Shown piece by piece: positions 1 to 9,311 of a stretch of 64,000 bases of DNA (within the stretch, counting starts at the first letter, position 1; each line of letters starts with the position of its first letter). Source of the stretch: Candidatus Latescibacterota bacterium (GTDB lineage Bacteria > Latescibacterota > UBA2968 > UBA8231); assembly GCA_965248265.1 (NCBI GenBank), contig CBDFJF010000002.1:1728001-1792000 (forward strand), read 5' to 3'. Below the pieces are notes generated by a model. That model was given only the letters and a program-made list of their open reading frames with translations. It had not been told where the DNA came from and searched no databases. The position numbers and the translations under genes were made by a program.

Positions 1-947
1 ACGCTGGCCGCGGTGTTGAGGGCGCTGCTCCAGGTATGGGCACTGACCTGCAGGTTGGCCGCCTCTACCAGGCGAATCGCTCTCAACGTACCGGTAATGC
101 CGTGGATCCGTCCCGGATCCATCTGTACCACGTCGACGCCATCCGAGTCGATCAGTCGGCGATACCCTTCTAACGTCCACTCCTGCTCACCGGTGCCGAT
201 CGGTGTGTTGACACCCTCGCGCAAGAGGCGGTGTCCCTCCAAATCCCGCGGCCGCAGCGGCTCCTCCATCCAGCGCAGGCGGTAGGGTTCGAGTTCGTTG
301 AGGCGGCGGATCGCTGTCTGGGGATCCCAGATGCCCTTGTGGCCGGGCATGTCTGCGACCAGTTCGATGTCGTCCCCGATGGTCTCGCGTATGCGGCGTA
401 TCATCTCGAGATCCGCTTTTCGGTTCTGGCCGAACATGGCGTCGGGGCGCATGCCCCATCCCGCCTTGACCTGGATGTAACCCTGGTCCTTCATCCAGGC
501 GAACTCGTTCACGCTCCAGTCGATGTCGTCGAAGTCGAAGATGATGGAGGCCATGGCGACGACACGATTACTGATACGACCGCCCAGGAGGGTGCACACC
601 GGTACGCCGAAGTGCTTGCCGGCCAGATCCCACAGGGCCATGTCGATGGCACTGACTGCAAAGGCGGCGATCCCCTGTGTTCCGTACCACCAGCAATGAT
701 CGAGCATGAGGTTCCAGAGACGCTCGACGTCTTCCGCGTTTTCGCCGACCAAGAGTGGAGCGAAGCCCTCATCGATGATGGTGGTCGTGGCTTTGGCGGA
801 CTCACGCATTTGCGAGATGCATTCGCCCCAACCGACGAGGCCGCACTCCGATTCGATACGGGCGAGGTTGATGCAGCGAAGAGCGCCCTTGTAGTGAGGC
901 TCCGGGGCCAGCAGCGGGTAAGCCTTGATTTCCTTTATTTTCAACAT
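1..947 (-). CDS. Mandelate racemase/muconate lactonizing enzyme (enolase superfamily), 3' end runs off the window
   Basis: Manual translation from ATG 947: MLKIKEIKAYPL...GLVGWGE...SAIDMALWDLAGK...LLGG...WMEEPL...PIGTGE...VVQMD; no stop before position 1, so it is absent from the ORF track. Confidence 0.9.
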   Translation of the reverse strand, partial: MLKIKEIKAYPLLAPEPHYKGALRCINLARIESECGLVGWGECISQMRESAKATTTIIDEGFAPLLVGENAEDVERLWNLMLDHCWWYGTQGIAAFAVSAIDMALWDLAGKHFGVPVCTLLGGRISNRVVAMASIIFDFDDIDWSVNEFAWMKDQGYIQVKAGWGMRPDAMFGQNRKADLEMIRRIRETIGDDIELVADMPGHKGIWDPQTAIRRLNELEPYRLRWMEEPLRPRDLEGHRLLREGVNTPIGTGEQEWTLEGYRRLIDSDGVDVVQMDPGRIHGITGTLRAIRLVEAANLQVSAHTWSSALNTAAS

Positions 948-998
948 CACTGACAGTCCTGAAGGCGGTGGATCGTTTTCGCGAGACTTCCACATATC

Positions 999-1162
999 AG
1001 TGTCCCGTCTCAGAAATACGTCGACATTCTTCCGCCGATCCATCCCTGCTCGCGGCGTGGCCTTCGCTCGTCGTATCCCACTGATACGACTCGCTCAGGC
1101 GCCTTGCGAGCAGGGCGCCTCGACGGCCGAATTTTGTCAACCTATTTCTGAGACGGGACACT
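999..1162. mobile_element. MITE/REP-like element with 20-bp perfect terminal inverted repeats
   Basis: AGTGTCCCGTCTCAGAAATA (999-1018) is the exact reverse complement of 1143-1162; nested internal stems CCCTGCTCGC/GCGAGCAGGG (1044-1053/1106-1115) and GTCGTATC/GATACGAC (1070-1077/1083-1090). Confidence 0.8.
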
Positions 1163-1276
1163 ATGGTTTTCCCTCTTGGAACGCAACTTGAGTATCATTA
1201 GATTTCTCGCCCGCGAGACAATCGGACGCAGTTCTTCCATTTATATTTATGCATAAACAGACAGGTTGAAGAAAAC

Positions 1277-2347
1277 ATGGTTGATAAAGCACGAATCGGC
1301 ATCATCGGCACTGGTTGGTGGGCGACGACGGCCCATTTCCCATCGGTGAAGGCGCATCCCAAGGCAGAGCTGGTGGCGGCGGCGGATGTCCGCCCCGACA
1401 TCCTGGCCAAAGCGGCGGAGAAGTACGATGTAGCAAACACCTATACCGACTACGGGCAGATGCTGGACAAGGAGGATCTGGACGGTGTCGTGGTCGCGGT
1501 CTGGCATGCAGAGCATTTCGAGGTTGCCCGCACCTGCCTGGAGAACGGCCTGCACGTCATGCTGGAGAAGCCGATGGTGCTGCGGGCAGCGCATGCGCGC
1601 GAGCTGGTGGATGTGGCAACGAAGAACAAGCGTGAGCTCATCATCGGCTATCCCTGGCACTTCACCCCGCACACCCTCAGAGCCAGGGAGGTTGTGCAAT
1701 CGGGCGAATTGGGCCGGGTTCTGTTCGTCAACAGCATCTTCGCCTCGGCGGTGCTCCAGTTTCTGCGCGGCGAGGACAAGACCTACGAGGCGGTGTTCGG
1801 GTACCCGGTGGTCGGACCGGGCGATGTCTACGCCGATATCGAGAAATCCGGCGGCGGCCAGGGGCACCTGCAAGTGACGCATTCGGCGGCGCTATCCCTG
1901 TTCATTACCGGGCTCAAGCCAGTGTCGACGATGGCGATGATGGAGAATCTGGATGTCCATACCGACGTCGTGGACGCCATGGCCGTGCGCTTGGACAATG
2001 GCGCTCTGGCCACCGTGGGCAGCATCGGCACGGTGCGTCCCGGAGATGGCGACATTCTCACCACCCAGATCGTCTGCGAGGACGGACAGGTCACCCTGGA
2101 TTCAATCGGGGGTACGGGGTCAATCCGTCACAAAGATCAGAGCCTGGAGACCTTCGAGCCGCTGGCCGAGGAAGCCATCTACCCGATGCAGGTGACGGCG
2201 GCGAATCTCGTCGACGTGATTACCGGTGATGCCGCCAACGGCTCTCCGGCCGAGGTTGGATGGCGAGTTGTAGAATTGCTGGATTCGGCCTACCGCTCAG
2301 TCGCCGACAGTGGGCGCCAGGTGCAGGTGGAGGAACTCTACGACTGA
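1277..2347 (+). CDS. Gfo/Idh/MocA family oxidoreductase
   Basis: RIGIIGTG Rossmann start, HVMLEKP motif, SGELGRV, GGGQGHLQVTH. Confidence 0.92.
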   Translation: MVDKARIGIIGTGWWATTAHFPSVKAHPKAELVAAADVRPDILAKAAEKYDVANTYTDYGQMLDKEDLDGVVVAVWHAEHFEVARTCLENGLHVMLEKPMVLRAAHARELVDVATKNKRELIIGYPWHFTPHTLRAREVVQSGELGRVLFVNSIFASAVLQFLRGEDKTYEAVFGYPVVGPGDVYADIEKSGGGQGHLQVTHSAALSLFITGLKPVSTMAMMENLDVHTDVVDAMAVRLDNGALATVGSIGTVRPGDGDILTTQIVCEDGQVTLDSIGGTGSIRHKDQSLETFEPLAEEAIYPMQVTAANLVDVITGDAANGSPAEVGWRVVELLDSAYRSVADSGRQVQVEELYD

Positions 2348-2365
2348 CGCGGCGAGGTGGTGTCT

Positions 2366-4606
2366 TCATCGCACCCACTTGCCGTCCCAGACATAGCCGA
2401 GTCCTATCTGCAACTCCGATTTGAGGGCCGGCTGGTTGACCTGGTTGTCGACGTGGAAGAAGAAATTGGCGTCGACGGTGATGTGGAGGTCACCGGAGAC
2501 GTTGATGACGAGGGAGTTGAACTGTTGTAGGGACACCTTTCTCGACTCGGTAGCGCTCATGAAGAGCTTGGCTTTGGAGTTCATGGCGTTGCCACCGGCA
2601 AATCGCCGGCGATACTCGGGGACGACTTCGAGACCTACCTGATTCGTCTCCGCGACGAAATCCCGTTCCAGTCCCAGACCCAGGCGTGCGGTCAAGCTCT
2701 TGCCACGCGTCGTGTGCACGCCCGCACTGCCACGCAGCGTCATTGGTCGATCCTCGTTCGCCGGTGCCGTGAACACGGTCGTCACCGCGGCCGCCAGGAA
2801 GGGGGCCGGTTGACGTTTCTGCAATGTATAGACCAGATCTGCGTCCAGGCGGTCAGTAGCTTCCCTGAAGCGATCCTGCTCGCGCAACTGGCCGAAACTC
2901 GATTTCACGTCCAGCGCCAACGCTCCACGCGCCGTTGTCCGGCTGGTACGGGCGTTCATGACGGCGTTCCAGGCCATGGCGTCGCGACCGCTGATGCTGG
3001 AGACCCCCCTGTAGCGTGAGGCATCGCTGTTGATGCTGGCCACCGACAGCGAGTTCGTGAACTGAGTCCGCGTCTTCCACGAGCTGCCGCCGCTGCGCGA
3101 TTGCTCCAGGCTACGCAGGGGCTCTATGTGGGATGCCAGGAAGCGCGATACCGCCTGGCCCAACTCGAGTTCGTGGACTGTTGCAACCGAATCGGACGAG
3201 CGCTCGAAATAGCCGTCACCGCCGCTGGCCAGGTAGCGGGTCGTGGCGATGGTATATTCCTCCTGCTTCTGCAGGGCGATACCGCCTACTTTTTCTGTGG
3301 CCGGGTCAAAGCCGGAGAACACGAGCTGTTGCCCGGGCCGGGTGCGCTGCTTTGATGAGCCGGCCATCCCCAACAGTTGCTTTCCGGTGACCGTGACGGC
3401 TACGATCCGATCGTCGAAGCGCAACAGACTATCGATCTGGGCCACCAGCACTGATCCACCAAGCGATCTCGGTCTCAGGGCCCCCAAGTTGATGAGGCCG
3501 ACTTCCACTCCCATGGTCTGGCGCATGAGATCGCTGATGAACTGAGGGGAGTCGACGATCTCTTCATTGATGGTAGCGACTACCTGGCGACCATGACTCT
3601 GGTAGGATGCTTCGTGGGCGACGATAAGACGCACGACATCCGCATCCTGCGGTAGGTTCTCAACCACTGGAATCAACTCGGCTCCAAAGGATTCCACCAC
3701 CAGGCTTCTCACGCCTCCCCTCCACGATACAGAAAAACGCACATCGACTCGACCCAGGTAGGCGCCCAACTGTGGAGAAGAAACCACCCGCGTTCCGCCA
3801 CCTAGGCGGACCAGGTTGATTCTGCTGTCCTTGAGATCATCGGTGGGATTGTCTCCTGCGATGAAGAGGTCCATTGCCGGTACCGACTGGGCAAGTTTCA
3901 GGGCCTCGAGAGGGCGCATGTGGGTAAGGGCGACGGCGTAATCGAAATCGCGTCCTCGTTGCTGGGTTTCCAGCAGTTTCTTCAACGAGGTCTCGGGATC
4001 GAGTACCTCGATGTCTCCCGTTGTTGCCGGATTGACTATCCGTTTCGTTTCCGTCGACAACAGCCCGGTGATCAGTACCCGCACACCGGTTTTCTCAATG
4101 ATTACGTACGGAGTGAGCGCGGGTTGAAGGGAATCCGAGTCGACGAGATTGGCGGCGATGAACGGAAAGCCGGCATCCTGCTGTCTCGTCTTAAGAGTGT
4201 CAATACCATAGTTCAGGCCGTGATTGCCAGGAACAAGAGCGCTGTAACCGGCCTTACCCATCAGCCTGGAGAAGAGGCGGCCGGAATCAAAGTGCGCCAT
4301 CGGATCCGGCCCGAGCGCGTCGCCGCCATCCACAATCAGGGCGCGGCCGTCAGGATCGAGTGCGCGCAGCAGGCGAACCATCCGGGCCATGCCGCCACGG
4401 GTTTCTCCGAAGTAGGAGCTGGGGCGGAGTTGCCCCTTGAGGTCATTCGTGAACAGGATCGTCAGGTTCAGCGTGGTGCTGGTAGTTAGCGCGTCCGTGG
4501 ACGCGGCTGCAGCAGATGAGGCTACCAGGGCGAGCCGAAAGAGCCCCAGGACAGTGGCAACAAAAGGCACCAAGCGAGCCCGGGTACGTGGAGGAAGGAA
4601 GGTCAT
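2366..4606 (-). CDS. Secreted 5'-nucleotidase/metallophosphoesterase-like protein with C-terminal putative outer-membrane beta-barrel
   Basis: Signal peptide; TILFTND, DGGD, PGNH motifs; 5'-nucleotidase C-domain (INLGALR, YTIATTRYLASGGDGY); C-terminal ~240 aa of amphipathic strands ending ELQIGLGYVW. Confidence 0.8.
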   Translation of the reverse strand: MTFLPPRTRARLVPFVATVLGLFRLALVASSAAAASTDALTTSTTLNLTILFTNDLKGQLRPSSYFGETRGGMARMVRLLRALDPDGRALIVDGGDALGPDPMAHFDSGRLFSRLMGKAGYSALVPGNHGLNYGIDTLKTRQQDAGFPFIAANLVDSDSLQPALTPYVIIEKTGVRVLITGLLSTETKRIVNPATTGDIEVLDPETSLKKLLETQQRGRDFDYAVALTHMRPLEALKLAQSVPAMDLFIAGDNPTDDLKDSRINLVRLGGGTRVVSSPQLGAYLGRVDVRFSVSWRGGVRSLVVESFGAELIPVVENLPQDADVVRLIVAHEASYQSHGRQVVATINEEIVDSPQFISDLMRQTMGVEVGLINLGALRPRSLGGSVLVAQIDSLLRFDDRIVAVTVTGKQLLGMAGSSKQRTRPGQQLVFSGFDPATEKVGGIALQKQEEYTIATTRYLASGGDGYFERSSDSVATVHELELGQAVSRFLASHIEPLRSLEQSRSGGSSWKTRTQFTNSLSVASINSDASRYRGVSSISGRDAMAWNAVMNARTSRTTARGALALDVKSSFGQLREQDRFREATDRLDADLVYTLQKRQPAPFLAAAVTTVFTAPANEDRPMTLRGSAGVHTTRGKSLTARLGLGLERDFVAETNQVGLEVVPEYRRRFAGGNAMNSKAKLFMSATESRKVSLQQFNSLVINVSGDLHITVDANFFFHVDNQVNQPALKSELQIGLGYVWDGKWVR

Positions 4607-4760
4607 AGCGTCTAAAGGTGGGCCGATCCCGCAGCAAGCTCAACCGGTCGGCGAGGGAGTCGAAGGAAAAAGTAACAGCTTGGCCTCCTCCGGGTGTTAA
4701 ACTGGTCGGCAGGATGGAAGATTCACCAAACCGAACTCAGCGGAATCCCCGGAGGGACAC

Positions 4761-5015
4761 GTGTCGACGACTACACACCAGGAAAAAGATCCGTCCGGTA
4801 TAGCCCGTGAGATGGATACCCCCGCGGCCGTGATCTGGACATCCATCCATGTCATGAGACGGTGCCTCGAGAAGATCGCGGACGGTGCGGAGGAAAATCC
4901 GGATCCGACCCCGGATCAACTTCGGCAAAGCGTGGACTTGGCGATCGTGGCCAGCGAACGACTGGTCAAGCTCAACAGAAATCTCCAGCGGGCCATATGC
5001 CTGAACGGTGAGTAA
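4761..5015 (+). CDS. Small protein resembling a HisKA/DHp helix pair without the phospho-His
   Basis: GGAGG RBS before GTG; SGIAREMDTPAAVI resembles the H-box AGIAHEINNPL. Confidence 0.6.
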   Translation: MSTTTHQEKDPSGIAREMDTPAAVIWTSIHVMRRCLEKIADGAEENPDPTPDQLRQSVDLAIVASERLVKLNRNLQRAICLNGE

Positions 5016-5047
5016 CTCGTCCGCCGAGCCATGCCCCGGCGCAATTT

Positions 5048-6817
5048 TCAGGCGGCTCCGGCCTCGCTGTCGCCGTGTTGGAGCCGATTGAGCCGATAGT
5101 AGATGCCCCGCAGCTGCAGTAACTCCTCGTGACGCCCCTGTTCGCGAATCTCACCATGGTGCAGCACCAGAATGCGGTCGGCATGGCGCAGCGTGGAGAG
5201 GCGGTGGGCGATGACGATGGCGGTGCGCTCGCGCATCAGTTTTTCCACCGCCTGCTGGATCCACAGTTCCGTCGCCGTATCGACACTGGCCGTGGCCTCG
5301 TCCAGCACCAGGATGTCGGGGTCGGTGGCCAGGGCACGGGCGAAGGACAGCAGCTGCCGTTGTCCCAGGGACAGGGAAACTCCCCGCTCGCCGACTTCGT
5401 AGTCGTACCCTCCCGGCAATTGCTCAATGAAGCGGTCGGCGTTGACGTCTGCGGCGGCCTGCCGAATCCGCTCTTGCGACACCGCCGGATCGTCCAGGCC
5501 GATGTTACTCTCGACACTGCCGGCGAACAGGAAAATGTCCTGTTGGACCACACCGATGCTCCGTCGCAACTGGCGTACATCCAATTCGCGGATGTCGACG
5601 CCATCCAGGAGAATGGTGCCCCGCTGGATCTCGTAGAATCGATTCAACAGGTTGATGATCGTCGACTTTCCGGCTCCCGTGGCCCCAACCAGGGCGAGGC
5701 TGTGGCCCGGTTGGGCGCGGAAGGAGACATCTCGCAATACCCAGTCCTCGTCCTCGTAGGCAAACCAGACATTGCGAAACTCGATGTCGCCGGCCACGCT
5801 CTCGGGAAGAGCCCTGGAGCCTGTGGACTCGGTGTCGGTATCCAGCAGCTCGAAGATACGCTCGGAGGAAGCCGTGGCGATCTGCAGGGAGGAGTAACGC
5901 TCGGCGATGTCGCGAATGGGCATGAAGAAGCGGGGCACATACTGCAGAGTGGCCACCAGAACACCCCATTCGATCTGTTCCCGCAGCACTTGACCCGTTC
6001 CATGCCAGAGGACGAGCGCCAACAGCAAGGTTCCGGCCAACTCCATGAAGGGGAAGTACATGGCCTGGTAGAATGTCGCCCTCAGGCGGGCATCCAGGTA
6101 CTGGTCGTTGTCTTCGTCGAAGCGGCGAGCGCTGCGCTTCTCGCACGAAAACAGCTGAACCACTTCCATGCCGGCGAGCGCTTCCTGCAAGGCAGTGGCG
6201 AAACGGGCAAAGCAGGTACGGGCACGCCGGTGGGATTGGATGGTGCGCAGCTGTAGCCAGACGGTGGTGGCCGCAAGGATGGGCAGTGCCAGGGAGATCA
6301 CCAGGCCCAGCTCAACATCCATGTAGAAGACGAAGCTGAGGATGGTGATGATGGTAAACAGGTCGCTGACCATGGCGACGACGCTCTCGGTGAAAAAATC
6401 ATTGAGCGCGTCCACGTCGTTGGTGTTGCGCACCATCAGGCGTCCGATCGGGGTGCGGTCGAAGAAGCCGACACTCAGACGCTGGAGATGGGAAAACAGC
6501 TGAAGGCGCACATCCCGCATGGCCCACTGGCCGATCATCTGGGTGATCCAGCTCTGCCCGTACCCCAGAAGAAACTGCATTACGAGCAGTCCCATGAAGA
6601 GCAGGGCAATGCCCCCGAGCCCTTCCTTGTCGCCGGGGACGACATAATCATCGATGGCGATTTTCGACAGGTACGGGGCAGACTGACGCACGGCAGCAGC
6701 CAGCAGGATTGTGACGAAGGCGACGGCGACCCAGCCAGCGTACGGGCGCAGATAGGCCAGCAGCCGCGCGATGAGATGCGGGTCGATGCGACGCGAGGTA
6801 ATCTCTTCTTCGATCAC
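5048..6817 (-). CDS. ABC transporter permease/ATP-binding protein (MdlB-like half transporter)
   Basis: TMD plus Walker A GATGAGKS, signature LSLGQRQ, Walker B ILVLDEAT, IAHRLST; probable GTG start at 6817 overlapping the upstream stop (GTGA). Confidence 0.93.
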   Translation of the reverse strand: MIEEEITSRRIDPHLIARLLAYLRPYAGWVAVAFVTILLAAAVRQSAPYLSKIAIDDYVVPGDKEGLGGIALLFMGLLVMQFLLGYGQSWITQMIGQWAMRDVRLQLFSHLQRLSVGFFDRTPIGRLMVRNTNDVDALNDFFTESVVAMVSDLFTIITILSFVFYMDVELGLVISLALPILAATTVWLQLRTIQSHRRARTCFARFATALQEALAGMEVVQLFSCEKRSARRFDEDNDQYLDARLRATFYQAMYFPFMELAGTLLLALVLWHGTGQVLREQIEWGVLVATLQYVPRFFMPIRDIAERYSSLQIATASSERIFELLDTDTESTGSRALPESVAGDIEFRNVWFAYEDEDWVLRDVSFRAQPGHSLALVGATGAGKSTIINLLNRFYEIQRGTILLDGVDIRELDVRQLRRSIGVVQQDIFLFAGSVESNIGLDDPAVSQERIRQAAADVNADRFIEQLPGGYDYEVGERGVSLSLGQRQLLSFARALATDPDILVLDEATASVDTATELWIQQAVEKLMRERTAIVIAHRLSTLRHADRILVLHHGEIREQGRHEELLQLRGIYYRLNRLQHGDSEAGAA

Positions 6818-8595
6818 AGGTCGTCCAATTCTTGAGCCCGGTTCTGGCGCCGCCACAATTCGGCGTAGGCACCATCGCGCGCCACCAATTCATCATGGCT
6901 ACCCTGTTCGACGATGCGACCGGAGTCGAGGACGATGATGTGGTCGGCTCCCCTGACCGTGGACACCCGATGGGCGATGAGGATGGTCGTCGTTGACTCA
7001 ATGACAGTTTCGAGGCGACGCAAGATCTCACTCTCGGTGGCGGTGTCGACGCTGGCCATGGCATCGTCCAGGATGAGGATCGGTGGAGATCCGACGACAG
7101 CGCGGGCGATGGCGGTTCGCTGCTTTTGCCCACCAGAGAGGGTGACGCCGCGCTCGCCGACCAGGGTGTCCATGCCCAGCGGAAAATCACCGATGTCGTT
7201 GGAGAGCTGCGCCACGTCCGTAGCCCACTCTATTTCCTCGACGGATGGCGCATCAGCGCCGAGTGCAATATTGGCTCGCAGCGTATCCGAGAACAGGAAG
7301 GTGTCCTGGGGCACGTAACCGATCGACTGCCGAAGTGTGCGTAACGGAATCTGCTGGACCGGCACTCCGTCGATGAGGATCTGATCAGGACCAGGCTGGA
7401 TCATTCCTGGTATGAGACGGGCAAGGGTCGATTTGCCGGAACCAATTACGCCGATGACGGCGAGGGTGCTTCCGGCCGGGATCCGCAATGATATGTCGTC
7501 AAGGACCGTGTCCCCCCCGTCATAGGCGAAGCTGAGATTGCGCAGCTCGATCTCTCCCTTGAGACGACGAGGATCGTTTTCCTCGCCACGAGTCTCGGTA
7601 GGCTCATGCAGAATGGCCTCGATGCGCTTCAGTGAGGCGACGGCGCGCTGATATTCGTCGACCATGCGGCCCAGGAGCATCATGGGCCGGCCCAGCTGGA
7701 TGAGGTAGGCGTTGAAGGCCACGAAGGAGCCGAGGGTCAGGGTCTCATCGATCACTCGTAGTCCGCCCACCCACAGGACGACGACGGTGGAAATGCCGTT
7801 CAACAAAAGGGCAAAGGGGAAGAAGGGGCTGCGCACCTTGACCAGGCGACGGTTGTGTTCCACGTACGCCTGGTTGAGCTCGGCGAAGCGATCGACTTCG
7901 AGAGTTTCGCGAGCGAACCCCTTGACGATCCGCATCCCCGACAGATTCTCCTGGATGCGGGCGCTCATGGTGGCGAACTGCTCCTGCACTCGGCGATAAC
8001 CGGAGTGGATTCTGCCGGAGACCCAATTGGTCGTCATCACCATCACCGGCATCGGCAGCAGGCACAACAGGGCGAGCCGCCAGTCGATCAGGCACATCAG
8101 TGTCAGGCTCAGGAAAAACGTCAGAAGCCCGGTCAGGGTCATGCGAAAGGCATGGTGGAAGAATCGCTGAATCGCCTCAACGTCGTTGGTGGCGCGGGCC
8201 ATCAAGTCACCGACACGCCGTTTGTGGAAGAACGACAGCGGTAGCGCCAGAAGGTGTTGAACGTAGGTGGCACGCAGGTCGCGTTCGACGTATCGCGAGG
8301 TTCCGCTGAGGTACCAGCGCATGCCGAAGGCCATAGTCCATTGGATGATTCCAAGCGCTGCCATGGCCGCGGCGTAGAGGGCGATGTCGCCGAATGCACT
8401 CCCGGTATGGTGGGTGACGACCGGATTGGAGTCGGGGTTGAGCTCCTGGTGGGCGGTGTCGATGGCCTGCTTGAGCGCCATCGGCAATGCCGCGTTGATG
8501 AGTTGGGCACCCAGAAGGAGGGTGACTCCGGCGAAGACGGCCCGCCGGTAAGGGCGCAGGAAGGGGGCGAAGGGCTTGAAGGGATTGACCGTCAC
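6814..8595 (-). CDS. ABC transporter permease/ATP-binding protein (MdlA-like half transporter)
   Basis: TMD plus GVIGSGKS, LSGGQKQR, degenerate Walker B ILDD typical of heterodimeric exporters. Confidence 0.93.
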   Translation of the reverse strand: MTVNPFKPFAPFLRPYRRAVFAGVTLLLGAQLINAALPMALKQAIDTAHQELNPDSNPVVTHHTGSAFGDIALYAAAMAALGIIQWTMAFGMRWYLSGTSRYVERDLRATYVQHLLALPLSFFHKRRVGDLMARATNDVEAIQRFFHHAFRMTLTGLLTFFLSLTLMCLIDWRLALLCLLPMPVMVMTTNWVSGRIHSGYRRVQEQFATMSARIQENLSGMRIVKGFARETLEVDRFAELNQAYVEHNRRLVKVRSPFFPFALLLNGISTVVVLWVGGLRVIDETLTLGSFVAFNAYLIQLGRPMMLLGRMVDEYQRAVASLKRIEAILHEPTETRGEENDPRRLKGEIELRNLSFAYDGGDTVLDDISLRIPAGSTLAVIGVIGSGKSTLARLIPGMIQPGPDQILIDGVPVQQIPLRTLRQSIGYVPQDTFLFSDTLRANIALGADAPSVEEIEWATDVAQLSNDIGDFPLGMDTLVGERGVTLSGGQKQRTAIARAVVGSPPILILDDAMASVDTATESEILRRLETVIESTTTILIAHRVSTVRGADHIIVLDSGRIVEQGSHDELVARDGAYAELWRRQNRAQELDDL

Positions 8596-8601
8596 CGCGG
8601 C

Positions 8602-8745
8602 CTACAGGCGTGCTCCGGGAAACTGTTCCTGGCTGCCGACGATCAATTCACCCGTCACCGTGGGCAGCCCAATGGGGCGCAGGGTGACGGCCACCAACCA
8701 GATGCCGGCGAGAAGGATCAGCAGATCGAGAGCGACGTCATGCAT
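8602..8745 (-). pseudogene. N-terminal remnant of a cation:proton antiporter (CPA2/Kef type)
   Basis: Manual translation MHDVALDLLILLAGIWLVAVTLRPIGLPTVTGELIVG then unrelated sequence and stop after 47 aa; matches the CPA2 first helix/GxPxVxGELxxG motif. Confidence 0.6.
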
Positions 8746-8886
8746 GAGTATTGGCTGCAATCTAACCAATGTCTCTCACAGGGTCGATGAAGGAGCGTCA
8801 CCAGGGTGGATCGTGTCTCGGCCGTGCATTTGGCGTTATGTTATCAGCCGACTACTGAATTATAGCATTCGAGAGAGATCCTGAGC

Positions 8887-9297
8887 ATGCCAGACAACCC
8901 CATACGCGTGTTGATTGCCAAGGTCGGCCTGGACGGGCATGACCGCGGCGTCAAGATCGTCGCCCGCTGCCTGCGGGACGCCGGCATGGATGTCATCTAC
9001 ACTGGTCTGCACCGCTCCCCCGAACAGGTGGTGATGGCGGCCGTTCAGGAGGACGTGGACATCCTCGGCATCAGTATACTGTCCGGGGCCCACATGACCG
9101 TGGTCCCCAAGGTTCTGGATCTGCTCAAACAGCAGGAGGCCGAGGACATCCTCGTGGTGGCCGGGGGAGTCATTCCGGATGAGGACGTCGCCGCGCTAAA
9201 GGAACTCGGCGTCAAGGAAATCCTGCTGCAGGACACGCCACCAGACGTCATCGTCGCGACGATGCGCCGGCTGGTAGACGAACGCCCACCACGATAG
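8887..9297 (+). CDS. hcmB: Cobalamin-binding small subunit of 2-hydroxyisobutyryl-CoA mutase
   Basis: DGHDRG B12 motif, SILSG, VAGGVIP; clustered with the ligase, MeaB GTPase and large subunit. Confidence 0.88.
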   Translation: MPDNPIRVLIAKVGLDGHDRGVKIVARCLRDAGMDVIYTGLHRSPEQVVMAAVQEDVDILGISILSGAHMTVVPKVLDLLKQQEAEDILVVAGGVIPDEDVAALKELGVKEILLQDTPPDVIVATMRRLVDERPPR

Positions 9298-9311
9298 CGG
9301 CTCTACTGCGC

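Noticed and set aside
231-953. 240-aa plus-strand ORF
   Set aside because: Antisense to the enolase-superfamily gene
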